NCBI GenBank assembly: GCA_030141605.1
Contig: JAQGDQ010000333.1
Span: 1-64,000 of the forward strand
Direction: 5' to 3'
Source: Tubiluchus corallicola
Lineage: Eukaryota > Animalia > Priapulida
DNA length: 64,000 nucleotides
The first letter of the stretch is position 1. Each line of letters opens with the position of its first letter. Below are positions 39,800 to 52,870 of the stretch, in pieces. The notes below the pieces were generated by a model that worked only from the letters and a program-made list of their open reading frames with translations, searched no databases and was not told the DNA's origin. A program made the translations under genes and the position numbers.

Positions 39800-40985
39800 T
39801 TTGTTGGATACATTGTTTGTAGTACTTAAATTTTTTTCACAGCTGTGGTCAGAGATTGTATTGTAGATATATCTTGTGGAAGGGAGTTCCACAATTTAGT
39901 GCCACATTACGTTGTAGTGTTTTTAATCCATGTGATGTATTGAATCTAGGTTGGTAATAATGACCCCTTGTAATCCATGTGATGTATTGAATCTAGGTTG
40001 GTAATAATGACCCCTTGTAGCAGATCTTGTGCTGTAAGTGGGAATGACTCGAATCTTGGTGTAATAGTTAGTATATAGGTCAGGAAGAGAGATGTTACTG
40101 AATTTGTGCAATATTTCCAGCTTGCAAATGTCGTGAATTTTTAGTATCTGCAATCTGGCATACGAAGGTGCACATGATCACAATAATTGGTAAAAGTCAT
40201 AAATTTTACCACTTTGTTTTGTATTGAGATTAGAGGTTGAAGAATGTTTTGGTTTGTGTTATGCCACGAAAGGATGCAATATTGAAGATAAGGATATATT
40301 AACGCACAGTAGACCATTTTAAGAGTACATTGATAAAATGTGGGAATTTCTTAGTATGCTTAGTAAGCATCAAGAGTATGCTTAGCATGTTCTCAATGAA
40401 ATCAGCTGTAGCAAGTGCAATCGAAAATGATTTGAGGAATCCAAACTGAAATTTAGTTATAATATCGTGTAGAGTAAAAAAATTATTTAGTCGGTCATAA
40501 ATACTTTACAAATACTTTAGATATTGGTGAAAAGATGGATATAAGTCTATAATTAGTTCGAGTGAAAAATCAGTATTATAAAGAGGCGTAACCTCGGAAA
40601 TTTTTAAACAGTTGGGGAAGTTGCATTGTGCAATGGCCATATTATTTAATTGTGTTAAAACAGGAGTAATCACAAACGTGCTAGCTGATAAAATTTAACA
40701 GGGATATTTTCAGGACCCGGTACTTTATTTTTGTCTAATTTATGTCGTGCTGTGCTTACTACTTCAGAGGTAGTGCAGAAAAAGTGAACTTTTGTTGGAT
40801 TTATTTAGGTATGTAAGGTAAATAGAGTTTGCAAGTGGATTTTGTTTAGCCATATTTGTACCTATTCATTGAAAATTACAGTTAAAACAGTTGGTTATAT
40901 CATACATAGTCTACCATTGATATCAGTTTTAGAGGGAATGATATGCTTTTTATTTTAACTTTTAATACACAACTAATTGTACGCC
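39800..40985 (-). mobile_element. Fragmented CR1-group LINE (RT and C-terminal region)
   Basis: Minus-strand frames resemble ORF2 of 18339-21560 (KFQFGF..SFSIALATADF, LIYPYLQYCILSW, LKIHDICKLEI); 47-bp tandem duplication at 39924-40017. Confidence 0.78.
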
Positions 40986-42970
40986 ACCTTTCACCATAAG
41001 TACGTACCTCGTTGGAAAAATAATTCAGTTCAGTGATTGTTACGGTCGCGTTATTTTCGCGTCTCACAAAATTACAGATTTGTGTGTTTTTTCCTGCGTA
41101 TGCTTAGTATAAACTGGTATTAGCAGAATTGTAAAGTTACCAGGAAAACAATGGTGCCATCTATAATCAAATTATAGCAAGGCGTTATCAAGTTTTCTGT
41201 AAAAAACTAAATTTCTTTAGGTTACATATCGAGTTTTGGCGAGAAATTTGGTCATCTCAGTTGACGTGCTGTGCCTAGAACCAGCAAAACAAGATCATTA
41301 CAACTATTCTGGCTAATTAGCTAATGAATAGAAAAGTTTGGTTTCTAGCCTTCCCTGGGTCGATATGCCAGATACCAACGACGCGAGTCAGTCAAGTGCT
41401 ACGCTAAACACCAGAAATAGTTGCCAATTCTGCAGGAAATCTAATGGGCTAGTCAAGCAAAGAAAAGTAATAGCAATTACCTGTGACAAATGCTATTCAA
41501 AACATTCAGACTCCAGTCACCCCCTGTCTATGCAAGCCCAAACTGAAAGCGATGTTGTTTTACCAAAAAACTCTGTATCACGTAGAAGTTGGGGCAGCGA
41601 AGCTGATTTAGCAAATGACGATTTACTGGATTATTCTAGGGAGTCGTTAGCTTCAATAGCCTGCAGCATGATAAACCATGAGAAAAGTAACAAGAAGTTG
41701 ATCGAAATTATTCGTCTGCTGAACAACAGCGAAGATGATCTTCCACGAAGGAACTCATGATCAACAAAATTACGAACATGGAAAACCAAATTAGGAACAT
41801 CGAGAACTTTTAGCACTGGGGAGATCACAGAATTGTTCATACAGGGACGCTGTATCACGTAACTTAGGTCAAGTTACAGCGAAAACCACGAGAAATACCA
41901 GCCAGCAAAGTGTGTCGTATTTGTACGACCCGGACAGAACAATACTCATTGAGAATGTTAATGATAAAGACATAGCAAAACCTAGCATGTCCATAAAGAA
42001 GAACCTTAGCCACTATTTTCCTAGAACTCGTTTTGAAGTAGCTTTCAGGACGGCAACTGGAAAAATCCAACTGCAACTTCCGGATACCGAAACAGCAAAC
42101 GACATTCTTCAGAAATGGCAACCATGTTTTCTAGGTGACAATACAAATGCAAGAAAACCTAAGAAACAATTCTGGGGTCTCCCACGAGATTGTGATCCCA
42201 GCATGACAGAGGATGAAGTCCTGCATGACGTCCAGCAATTTGATTGCGATGCAGCTATAGAACGTTTCAAGTTCAAAAGTGGTAAAGCAATGACTCTCGT
42301 AAAAGTGAAATTCAGTAGTGCGGACATGTTGAATGAAGCCAAACGGAAAGGAATAGCCATCGGTCAACTAATTTGTGGTGTGGAACAGTTTGTCGCCAAG
42401 GTAAAACCGCTACGGTGCTTCAAGTGCCAAAATTTTGGTCACGTCTCAAAATGGTGTAACAAAACTGTGATGTGCGGTATCTGCTCTGGCAAGCACAATA
42501 CATCAGACTGTTATTCCAACGAAAAGAAGTGCTGCAATTGCAAACGGGACCACGAGGCCAGAAGCAAAACCTGCCCGAACTACCAAGCACAGGTGAAACG
42601 ATTATCTGGTAATAACGTTCAATAACTACTATGATTACTAATAATCAAAATGATAATTGTTCAATATGTTTTGATAAGGTACAAAATGGTCACAATGGTC
42701 TGTTATGTAGCATTTGTGGAATTTGGCAACACTAATCTAACGGCAGAGCAAGACAGTGTTTTAACTAGTGTAGATTCGTGGTACTGTACAAACTGTCTTG
42801 CAGATATATTGCCCTTAAATAATATAGAAAATGAAATGCAATTCAAAAACGCTATTGACCTGATCGATTTACCCGATTCTATTATGTTACAACTTAATGG
42901 ATCACATCTAAATCCATTTGATTATAATGAAAGATTATTGGCTTCACAATATGCTGATTTAGATCCAGAC

Positions 42971-45900
42971 CAAGGACTACTATACTACAGGACGTGCACG
43001 CTGAAATCTCTGATTCGGCTAGCGGAGGCGATCAATACTTGCATGAACGTAATCTATAAATAGTGCGCTTTAGAGAGTAGTGATCTTGGAAATTAAAGAA
43101 TGTGCGGTTCTTTACATTACGGGAGAAAAGTACCAATTGTTTATTTTATGTATCAAAGGAAATTAGTGTTCATTTTTACTTCTTAAATAGCGCACTACTT
43201 TAGGCGTAAGTGTGTTTTACCGGAAGTAGTGCTTTGTCATTGTTAATGTGTCTGCTTGTGTTTGTTTCTTTGTGGATTATTTTCAAAATTTCTGGTGGAT
43301 TTTATACATCTGTGCTCAGCAGCATGCCTAACAAGTGTGGTGTTGTTAAATGCAAAGGTAACTATGACACGGAGAACAAGTGTCGTGTGTTCAGACTGCC
43401 AAGAGATCATGTAGAAAAACAGAAATGGCTAAGTGTTCTTCCCCCACGCGAAGGCTTTGTTGTTGATCCAACGAAATTTTTCATTTGCGAAAAGCATTGG
43501 CCATCGGATACTCAAATGGTCAAAATTCCAGGTGGTCACACGAAGCCAGTGGATCCACCTAGTATTTTCAACGTTCCAACATCATGCTTGCCCACTCCAA
43601 AGCCACCACCTCGCCCTCCAAAAACTGAGGACCAGCAGCTGAATTATTTCTTTAAAAAGGATAAAATAACTTCTCTCAATGAATTCACTCCTGAGAAAGA
43701 CCTGCATAAGACGTATCAGAACCTCATTATATCTCGCACACAAGACATATTTGTGTGCATGTTCATGGAAGAGGACCACAGTCAATATTATATGTCAATT
43801 ATTGTTCACAATAAGCCTACCTTGTGTTCCCCTCTTACTCTGTATGCTTTCAAAAACAGGATCAGTGTGCCATTAAGTAAAATCCTCAGTCCGAACAATG
43901 GGCTGTCCTCTTACTCACAATTTTTCGCGGTTGTGAATTCTGTTGTCAACCACATTCATCATGTTGATGATATTGTCAACAAAGTGAGAAAGTCTCTTGA
44001 ACTTGAACTAGCTCAAAATCGAGAACAATCTCCTAGTGTTAATGCTAAAGCCAAGAAGCTCAAATTTCTAACACGACAGCTTCGACTATTATGTGATAAG
44101 ACTTTCACAGTGTCTGATTATTGCTTTGCAATAGAGTCATTTCCCCATTGCAATTACGAACAACTGCGTGACTTTTTAGTGTCACCCAGCAAAAGAAAGC
44201 TGCAGTCAGTTATTTCATCGACAGATATTGACAAGGTGCTAGGTAAAACATTTCAGAAAGTGAAAAGCTCTGAGCAGAAACACTGTATGCTATTGGTGGA
44301 TGAAGTGAAAATACGCCCAACAGTGGCTTTTTCAGGGAGTGTGCTAAATGGCATGGCAAAAAATGAGCCAGACAGTAAAGCTACATCAATGCTATGTGTG
44401 ACGGCTAAATGTCTACATGGTGGCCCCAGCGTGATGATATCAGTGACCCCCGTTCACAAGCTGACTGCTGCATATCAATTCTCTGTCGTGAAGGAGGCTG
44501 CTACAGTGGTTGAGAATTCGGGAGGAACTGTTTTAGGGTCCATGACGGACAACCACAAGATCAACCAACAATACTGCAAATTGTTTACCAGACAAACAGA
44601 CTGGGAGGCTGAACATCCCCTGGAAAATACACGAGTGTGGTTCCTGTTGTATGATACCGTCCACATTCTGAAATGTATCAGGAACAACTGGATCACGGAG
44701 AAATGTCAGAGATTATCGTTTGACAAGAAAACTGTTGGCTCATTTGCTGAAGTAAAGAGTCTTTACAAAGCTGAGAAAGACAATGTGCTCAAGTCAACAC
44801 CTTTGACATATTCTGCAGTCTTCCCATCGAAACTTCAGCTCCAGAATGTGCAACATGTCCTGAGGGTGTTCAACGATCGTGTCGTTGCATCGCTGAGACT
44901 TCGAGGAGCCCAGGACACTGCAGAATTCATTCAGCAAGTGCTACGCTGGTGGAATGTGGTAAATGTTTCTGCCAGAAATCAAGACATGAGGATGAGAGAC
45001 CCTGATCGATCTGTTCAACAAGATCCATCTGATACTCTTCAGTCGTTGTTGACTCTGTTTAAGCAAACCGAATCAGGACACGGACCAAATAGAATTGAAT
45101 GCCTGACACATGATACGCGAAAAGCTTTGATTCAGACCACAGAGGGACTCCTCGCAATCTGTAGGCACTTGTTTTCTGTTGGATTTCACTACGTATTATT
45201 GCGTGAACTTCAGAGTGACAGAATAGAGGGTGAGTTCTCAGTTTACAGGCAGTCAAGGGGGGGCCAATGCATTCATGCAAGCTGGAGATGTCTGTTCAGC
45301 ATTCAAGCGGAGACTGGCGAGTTTCTCTGCATCATTCCTGGAGTTTGTGGACACAGACACATCATCCGAAAGCCAGTTGCACACATGCAATGGGATTGAT
45401 TTCGAGGATGCCAAAATTATGGAGATTTGTGTTGACGAGACTCTTTCGAAACTGAACTGAACGCGTGTGCATATGTCGCAGGTTGGTTGGAGAGTAAGTG
45501 TCAAAATGACATTTCTTTTCCCGAGGATGAGCCTCTCCTTTCTGAGGAAATGAAAATGTTCATTGAAGAAGTGTCTAGGGGAGGTCTTACAGTGCCCCAC
45601 ACATTCACGTTTGAATTCGTAACAACTGGCTTGTGTTTAGTGAAGAAGTCAGTTCACACAGTCTGCTGCCACAACAAGCTCATGAACATCCTCTCCATAA
45701 TCAATGCCTACTTTGATTTTGGAGAATTTTCAAGAAATGCTCTGAGACGCCTGGCGAATGTACTGCTGCATGGACTACACAATTTGGAGAAAGATCACCA
45801 GCAGAACTCAGCCCTTTACCAGACCTCCATTAAGAAGGCGCGACTAGCCGACTAATTGTCGCAAACATCTCTGCAAAATGGTGAGTGCAATAATTTCATG

Positions 45901-46227
45901 TATTCTAATTTACACAGAGGAACCTATGAATGAGTTTATATAGTCCTGACAAAATGGTGCAGTCTGTTTATTCTCTATAGAAAGTGACAGGTAATCTTCG
46001 GGACACAATGAGTTGCAGATATGGTGTGTTTTTTTTGGGGGGGGGGATATCATAGGTACCACTGTTTCTAAATTACTAGATGAATGAGGAATATGTTCTA
46101 TGTGTATTGTGGCATGCTATAGGTCACCATGCGGGGTAAATATGTCCAAATTATTAGCACTAAATGTTAAAAATAGATCGCCTCCGCTAGCCGAATCAGA
46201 GATTTCAGCGTGCACGTCCTGTAGTAT
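42971..46227 (+). mobile_element. P-superfamily DNA transposon, copy 2 (right TIR lacks its last 11 bp, no TSD)
   Basis: Near-identical to 4482-7748; intact left TIR at 42971; right TIR ends at ...cctgtagtat (46227); ~37-bp deletion in the 5' non-coding part near 43107. Confidence 0.95.
43324..45855 (+). pseudogene. THAP-domain P-element transposase, frameshifted near the C-terminus
   Basis: Open from ATG 43324 through the THAP domain and all catalytic motifs to the G7 run at 45257-45263 (+1 shift); second shift near 45448; natural stop at 45853-45855 (...IKKARLAD). Confidence 0.9.
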
Positions 46228-47729
46228 CCCTACAGATAAAAGAATCCCTAGTAAACTTACAGTAAAAATCAATAAAGTCCCAATAAATCAAGTAAAATAT
46301 ACTAAGTTCTTAGGCATCATCATAGATGAACACCTAACTTGGCAAAAACATCTCAAAAATCATAGGTATTATATATAGAGTTAGACACATATTGCCTAAC
46401 TCAGTACTTGTATTATTATATAATTCTCTTTTTTTACCATATCTAAATAATTCAAACATTATTTGGGGAAGCACATACTCCAGTCGATTGAAAAAAATTC
46501 ATCTGATTCAGAAGAAAATAGTGCGAGTTATAACATTTGCCGGTTATCAGGACGATACACCGCCAATACTTAAAAGACTAAACTTTCTAGACATTTACGA
46601 CATTAATAAGTTCCAAACTGCCATTTTCATGTACAAATTCTCTCATAAATATTGCCTCCCTTATTTACAGATTATTTTTGTTTGAATGCTGAGATACATA
46701 ATTACGGCACACGTTATAGGCTGCACTATCACTACATACAGTGCAACACTAATGTTAGAAAATTTTCTATTAAATACAATGGCCCTTACATATGGAATTC
46801 AATTGCTCCAGCTATGAAAAATGCCAACTCGCTTTCCATATTTAAAAAAATATATAAATTAAACTTACTTGAAACATATAACTGACGACTCAATCATGAT
46901 TTGTTGTTTTTCATTTTCAAAACTTGTATAGTATAATAATATTTTTAATACTTCCACCCGTATTTATATTTGTATATATTGTAATGTTGTATCTGTATAT
47001 ATTGTAATTTTTTTCGTAACTGATTCGAGTGGCCTTCCATAAGCTAGCTTCTTAGGTCTCTAGCGTAGTATTCGTGAATTTTATCATATTTTTGTATTAA
47101 CAAAACCTGATGCACATGTAATGTAATGTATATGTTTATTGCGAAATAAATCTATTAAAATCTAATCTTCTTCACGAAAATTTCATGTTTAAGAATCCTT
47201 GCCAAAAGTTCGGATAAAATTGTATGCAAAACGAACATTTGACTAGACCGCGATTGAGCATGGACCTGCGTCTGCACCTCTGGTGGCGAAAACTGTCCAA
47301 TTACAGACACCATTACACAGAAGAAACTTGGCAAAAGTCACAAGGGTAATCACTGTATTGCGCGTTCATAAGAGTCACGTTTTTTCAGTAGTTTAAATTT
47401 AATATGTTTCAGCTACTTACCTTCGCAAAGATGGATAAATTTATTGTGAAAACTATGCGGAAGCGCACATCTAATTGTCTTAAAGATTTTACCGTTAAAA
47501 CGTCACTTACACGGGTAGGATTTAATATCATCGAAAAAAGTTGTGTTGGCGCGGAATCGTGAAGACGTGTTTTTGTGATCCGGAAATGTAGGAATTTATA
47601 ATACCACTATATACTTTCAAATTGTGTTTATGAGTGTTTGTGAAAAAATAGCATGAAAAATAATTACGTCTGGGAAGTGCAAAGTTCTGTTAGAGAACAG
47701 TTGAAAATAAAAGTGGAAATTGAAAAATC

Positions 47730-50700
47730 AAGATGGCGTTAATGGGAAGCTAACAGCATAAGAGCTGAAACTTCGTCGTATATAACTGATCTTTTTATAG
47801 AGAATTAAGGGCAGAGACGTAGATTAATAGTAAGGATAGTGAAAAGACAGAAACTAGAAAAAATTTCCTATTAACCGCATGAAAGTATGAAAACATGGCA
47901 AATTTGAGATACAGAAAAGTACCAAAGTAGTTGAGGTATAATCAATTCTATTACAAATTCATACAGCCAGTTAAATTAATTACAATTACTAACTTAAGTT
48001 TTTTAAGACTAAAATGACAAGCCGTGCTACTGGTGAAAGGGATGCAGCAGTAGCTAATAAGAAGTACACTTAGGAGTCACGGTGGCTTGGTGACAAAAGG
48101 CAGCTTAGATCATATACTAATATTTTTTTTCTTAGGGGGGGGTAAGTAGTCAAATAAAACTAGTTTGCATGCATGAAACAAAATAGACAAAAATAATAAA
48201 AAACAGTCAATATAAGGTTACACCCAAACATCTCTATAATAGTGCACTAATTCACTAAACATACTAAACAAAATAATAAAATGGAAGTGGAGCGTGATGA
48301 AGCAATGATACAGAGCACCAGGATAGAAAGAGCATTGTGTGATTTTGTGCAAGTGGTGGATGAAGCTTTAACTGAGAAAAATGGAGAAAAGTCAAAGTAA
48401 AACTCAAAAGGAGAATGAAGAAGAGGGAAGAAAGGAAAGGAAAATAAGTGGGACTGAAGTGTGCAGTAAATGTGTAAAAAGAGTGGAGATTGGGGAAGAT
48501 GGAAAGTATTGTTTCTGGTGTGAGAAATGGTTGCACAGAGAGTGCATTGGCATATCAAAGAAATAGAGCGGTAGGCACAGCAAGTGCATTAGTTATAAAT
48601 GACACTTTGCACTGGTTTTGCGATAAGTGCGAAGAAGTCGAGAAGATAAAGGAAGGCATGGGAATGCAAAAAAATACACAGCTGTTGAATGAAGTACAAT
48701 TAGGAAATCTGGAAGATGAAATGAAATGCAAAGAAAGAGAAGTAGAAAATTTGAAAGATGACTTAGAGAAAATGAGGCAAGAAGTGAATAAGAAAACGGA
48801 TCAATTGGCTGAGTTTGACTTAAAGAGAAAGAAATATGAAAGTGAAATAAAAAAGTTGAAAGAAGAAGCAGTGCAACTCAGACAACAACTAGAAAAATTG
48901 ATAAGTGAGGCAGCGGAAAATAGAACTACAGTAAATAGCCTAAACAGGCACACAAGTGACCTACAAAAGATAAATGAAGAATTGTTGATGAGCAAAATGG
49001 GTATGGGTGGAACATATGAAGAGGCAAAAGAAAATAATGAATCTAATAAGAAGGAAGATGATTCCAGAAAAGAAGTACAGAGTCAAAGTGAGGAGGCAGA
49101 GCCTGATACGCCTGAGATGCAAGTTTAGACACTACAAAACAAGAAAGGAGTGTCAAGAGCTCAGTGAAAGTGCACATAGAGCCAAACAAGGACAATATGA
49201 ACAAAAGTTGTGTTCCTATTTTGGAAGGAATAAATATTGCAAATTTGAAAACAAGTGTAGGTTTAGACATTATTTGAAACCTGGGGAGGATAAGGAAAAG
49301 ACAAATTTGTGTTGGAATTATAAGTATGATGGTGAATGCAAATATGGTAGTAGGTGTAGATACAGACATTTACAGAAACAAATAAAAATGAACAAAAGAC
49401 ACAAAATGAAAGTTTAGCTGAGCAGATTAATTTTTTTAGTGAGAGAAATCAATGCAATAAAAGAAAAACTGTGAAATTAGAAAAAAAAGTAAGAGTGAAA
49501 AGATCTCAGAAAAAGAAAGAGATTTAAAAATTTTAATGTAGTGTATACAAATTGTCGAGGGCTAAATAATAAGTTAGAGTCATTGTATGGAGTGATAAGG
49601 GAAAAAAAGCCTAGTGTAATAGGAATTGTTGAAACCCATTTGGGGGAAGAAGAATTAGTGCAAATTGAGGGTTATAAAGTGTTCCAATTGAATAGAAATA
49701 AGTATGGAGGGGGGATATTATTGGCAATTAATAATGACTTAAAAAATGTAACAATAAAAGCTGACCAGTATAATGAAGTAGGAGAACAATTATGGGTTGT
49801 AATGGATAATTCAAAAGTAAAACTGGGAGTAGGGTTATTGTATGCACCTCAGGAAAGTAGAACAGATAAAGAAGAAATGAAGAAAATGTATGAACAAATA
49901 CGTAAGCAAGTACAAAAAGCAAAAAATGAAAACCAGAAGTGCTTACTTATAGGGGACTTCAATGCAAAAGTAGGAAATATTATCAAACGTAATAATGATG
50001 AAATAACTTGGGCAGGAAAAATGTTACTAAATCTGGTTAAAAAAGAAAATCTAGCAATATTAAATGCAACTGAAGAATGCTCAGGAATTTGGACAAGAGA
50101 AGAAGCTGGGAAAAAATCTGTTATTGATTATATCATAATAAGTGCAAATGATGTAAATGCACATAGGTTTACACTTTGTTGATGAACAAAAACTGTATGG
50201 AGTGTACAGAGTGACTAGTAGTGGCGAGGAAAAAATTGTATACACAGACCACAACACAATATATAGTCAATTTGATTGGGTTGCGATTAGCAAAATGAAA
50301 AGAGATAAAAGTGATGAGATAAAAATATTAGTAGTGTCTAATAAAAATAAAATGAACAGATACAAAAAAGAAACTGATGATCAAATAAAGTATGGAGCAG
50401 TAACAGATCAATTCAGAGCAAATATGATGGTTGGATTAATCAAGTTGCAGTAGTAAGAGACAGGTGCCTTTCAGTAAAAGGAAAAAGGAAACAAAAATAT
50501 GGAAGTAAAATGTCAAGGAAGCTAAATAAAGAAAGACGTAAGTTAAAACGTGAAATGAGCGATGAAGAAGACCCTGAAAGAAAAAGAATGATAAAAATAA
50601 AAATTGAACTAATAGAAAACATGATGAGGGATGTGCAAAGGAAGGAACAAATAAATAGAATAAATAAAACTGTTAAGACAATTACAGTAAATGGAAAACT

Positions 50701-52870
50701 TAACCAGCAGTTGTTTTGGGAATTCAAAAAGTGCATCGATAAACCTAAAATAGAAGAAGCTATAGCAATGAGAGATAAACAAGGTGAGATCCAAGAGGAT
50801 CCAGGAAAAATTAAGTTGATTTTTAAAAAATATTATGAAGAATTGTTAACTCCTACTCCGACAGAGGATGAATATGAGCAAATGATAGAATCAAGGGTTG
50901 AAAAAATTTTCAAACATGTTGAACAAATGGCAAGTGAGGAGGAAGTAAAAGAAATTACTAACAGTGAAGTGAATGAAGCAGTTCGATCATTAAAAAATAA
51001 AAAGGCTCGAGAGACATGCAAGGATGGAAGAATGAAATGATCAAACAAGCAGGGAAAGGATTTATTGATAGTATAGCAGTAATGCTGAATGAAATAATGA
51101 AGCAAAAGAAAATACCGAAACAATGGGCCCAAATGAAAATAAAGTCAATTTATAAGGGAAAAGGTGACAAGAAAGAGATGAAAAATAGACGAGGGCTGTT
51201 CATAACAAATATTTTCAGTAAACTAATGGAAAAAGTGATCAAAAATAGAATAATAGTTAAATTTGAAGAAAACATAGGAGTTCATCAATGTGGCGGAAGA
51301 AAAAACAGAGGGGTCTATGACCATCTGTACACCTTGAGGGCAATGTTAGAGTATAACAGGTTTTATAAAAATGAAGTGTACATAATTTTTTGTGACATAA
51401 AAAAGTGTTTTGATAAGTTGTGGTTGAAAGATGCATTGACAGAATTATGGAGGATGGGCATATCACCAGGAGAAATTTTTATGATATACAAACTGAATGA
51501 AATTGCAGAAATAGTTATAGAAACTCCATTGGGTAAAACAGACCAGATAGAAATAAATGAAATAGTCCGACAGGGAACAGTGCTGGGACCATTACTATGT
51601 TGTGCTGCAATAAACCGGATTAATGAGATGGTGACAACAGGGACTGTAATGGGCAGGAATATACATGTGGGTATGTTATTATTCATTGACGATATTGTTG
51701 GAATAGGACAAGAAACTATAATCAAGCAGATGATTAAAAACTGTCAAGAAATTGAAAGAACCAAAAGATTATCATTCAATATACAGAAAACACAATATAT
51801 GAGAACTAACATGACACGAAAGAAAAGGATTCCAGAATGATGTGAGACACTAAGGAACGGAGAGGTTAAGGAAGTAGAGGAATACCAATATTTGGGAGAT
51901 TGGATTAATACAAAATGTAGTTATGAAACAATGTTGGAAAAACGAACCGGGAAAAACAAAATGATAATTAGTTACATCAATACAATAGGAGGTGAGCTGA
52001 AAGTGGGAGATTGCTCGATAGGGGTAAAACTAATGCTGTACGAGCTTCTTTCAGTGAGTGCAGTGCTAAATAGTTCTGAGACATGGTCAAATTTGACAGC
52101 AACTGATTGGGAGAAATTAGAAATGATTCAAGTAAATGCTTTAAAAACATTATTTAATCTTAGTGAATCAACGCCATACTGGGGATTAGTAACTGAAATA
52201 GGCATATGGCCTCTAAAACATAAAGTAAATTATAGGAGATTGATGTTCTATCGGAATTTACTGATTAGTAAACCAAAGAGATTAGCATCAGAGGTACTCG
52301 AAATGCAAATAAACAGTGTACATAAAAGGTCATGGTATAATGAAGTAGTTGAGACTGCAAAAAAATATACCATAGATGCTAATAAAGAAAGGGTGAAGGT
52401 CAAGAAAAAGTCTGAATGGAAGAAAGAAATAAAGAATAAGATTGAATGTTGTATAAAGAGTGAATGTGCAGAAAAATGCAGGAGCAGCACTAAATTAAGA
52501 TTTTTAAGGCATACCGAGTGGAAACGACAAAATTACATAGACACATGCAAGCCAGAAGAGGTTAAAGATATATTGAAAATAAGACTGAATATGATTAAAG
52601 TTAAAGGGAACTACAAGAATGAGTTTAAGGATCAGTTATTATGCCCAGTGTGTGAGGAAGATGATGACACTGCTGAACATATGCTTAGATGTTACAGATA
52701 TAGAGAATGGAAAAAATTTGAACTCAGATGTATTAATGAACAGTGAAAAGGAAGGATTGCTAGAAATTAGAAATCTAGTGAACGAATGCATAGAATACAG
52801 GATGAAGACATCAAACTGGGAAAACACAACTAAAAGATCAGCGTTAAAGAAGAATAGACTTTGCACCCTA
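47730..52870 (+). mobile_element. Near full-length A-rich LINE (APE-RT, clade unresolved) with PHD/coiled-coil/CCCH ORF1; boundaries approximate
   Basis: ORF1 ~48281-49473: PHD (CSKC...CFWCEKWLHRECI...WFCDKC), coiled coil, two C-x8-C-x5-C-x3-H fingers. ORF2 49541-52746: YTNCRGL, IVETHL, GDFNAK, SVIDY, TDHN; RT DIKKCFDKLW, RQGTVLGP, LFIDD; C-terminal CPVC...EHMLRC. Several frameshifts. Confidence 0.88.

Larger units (their letters stand above)
41040..47170 (+). mobile_element. CR1-group LINE with gag-like ORF1, interrupted by P-element copy 2 and missing most of ORF2
   Basis: ORF1 (~41338-42625) ends in three Cys/His knuckles (CFKCQNFGHVSKWC, CGICSGKHNTSDC, CCNCKRDHEARSKTC). ORF2 starts with a PHD remnant through ...YADLDPD (42970) and resumes at 46228 with KFLGIIIDEHLTWQKH, LYNSLFLPYL, IQKKIVRVIT, GPYIWNSI. 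Ends aataaa plus (aatct)n. Confidence 0.82.

Noticed and set aside
47273-47288. CTCF-like motif gcacctctggtggcg
   Set aside because: Mismatches at core positions; a single short match is not supportable.
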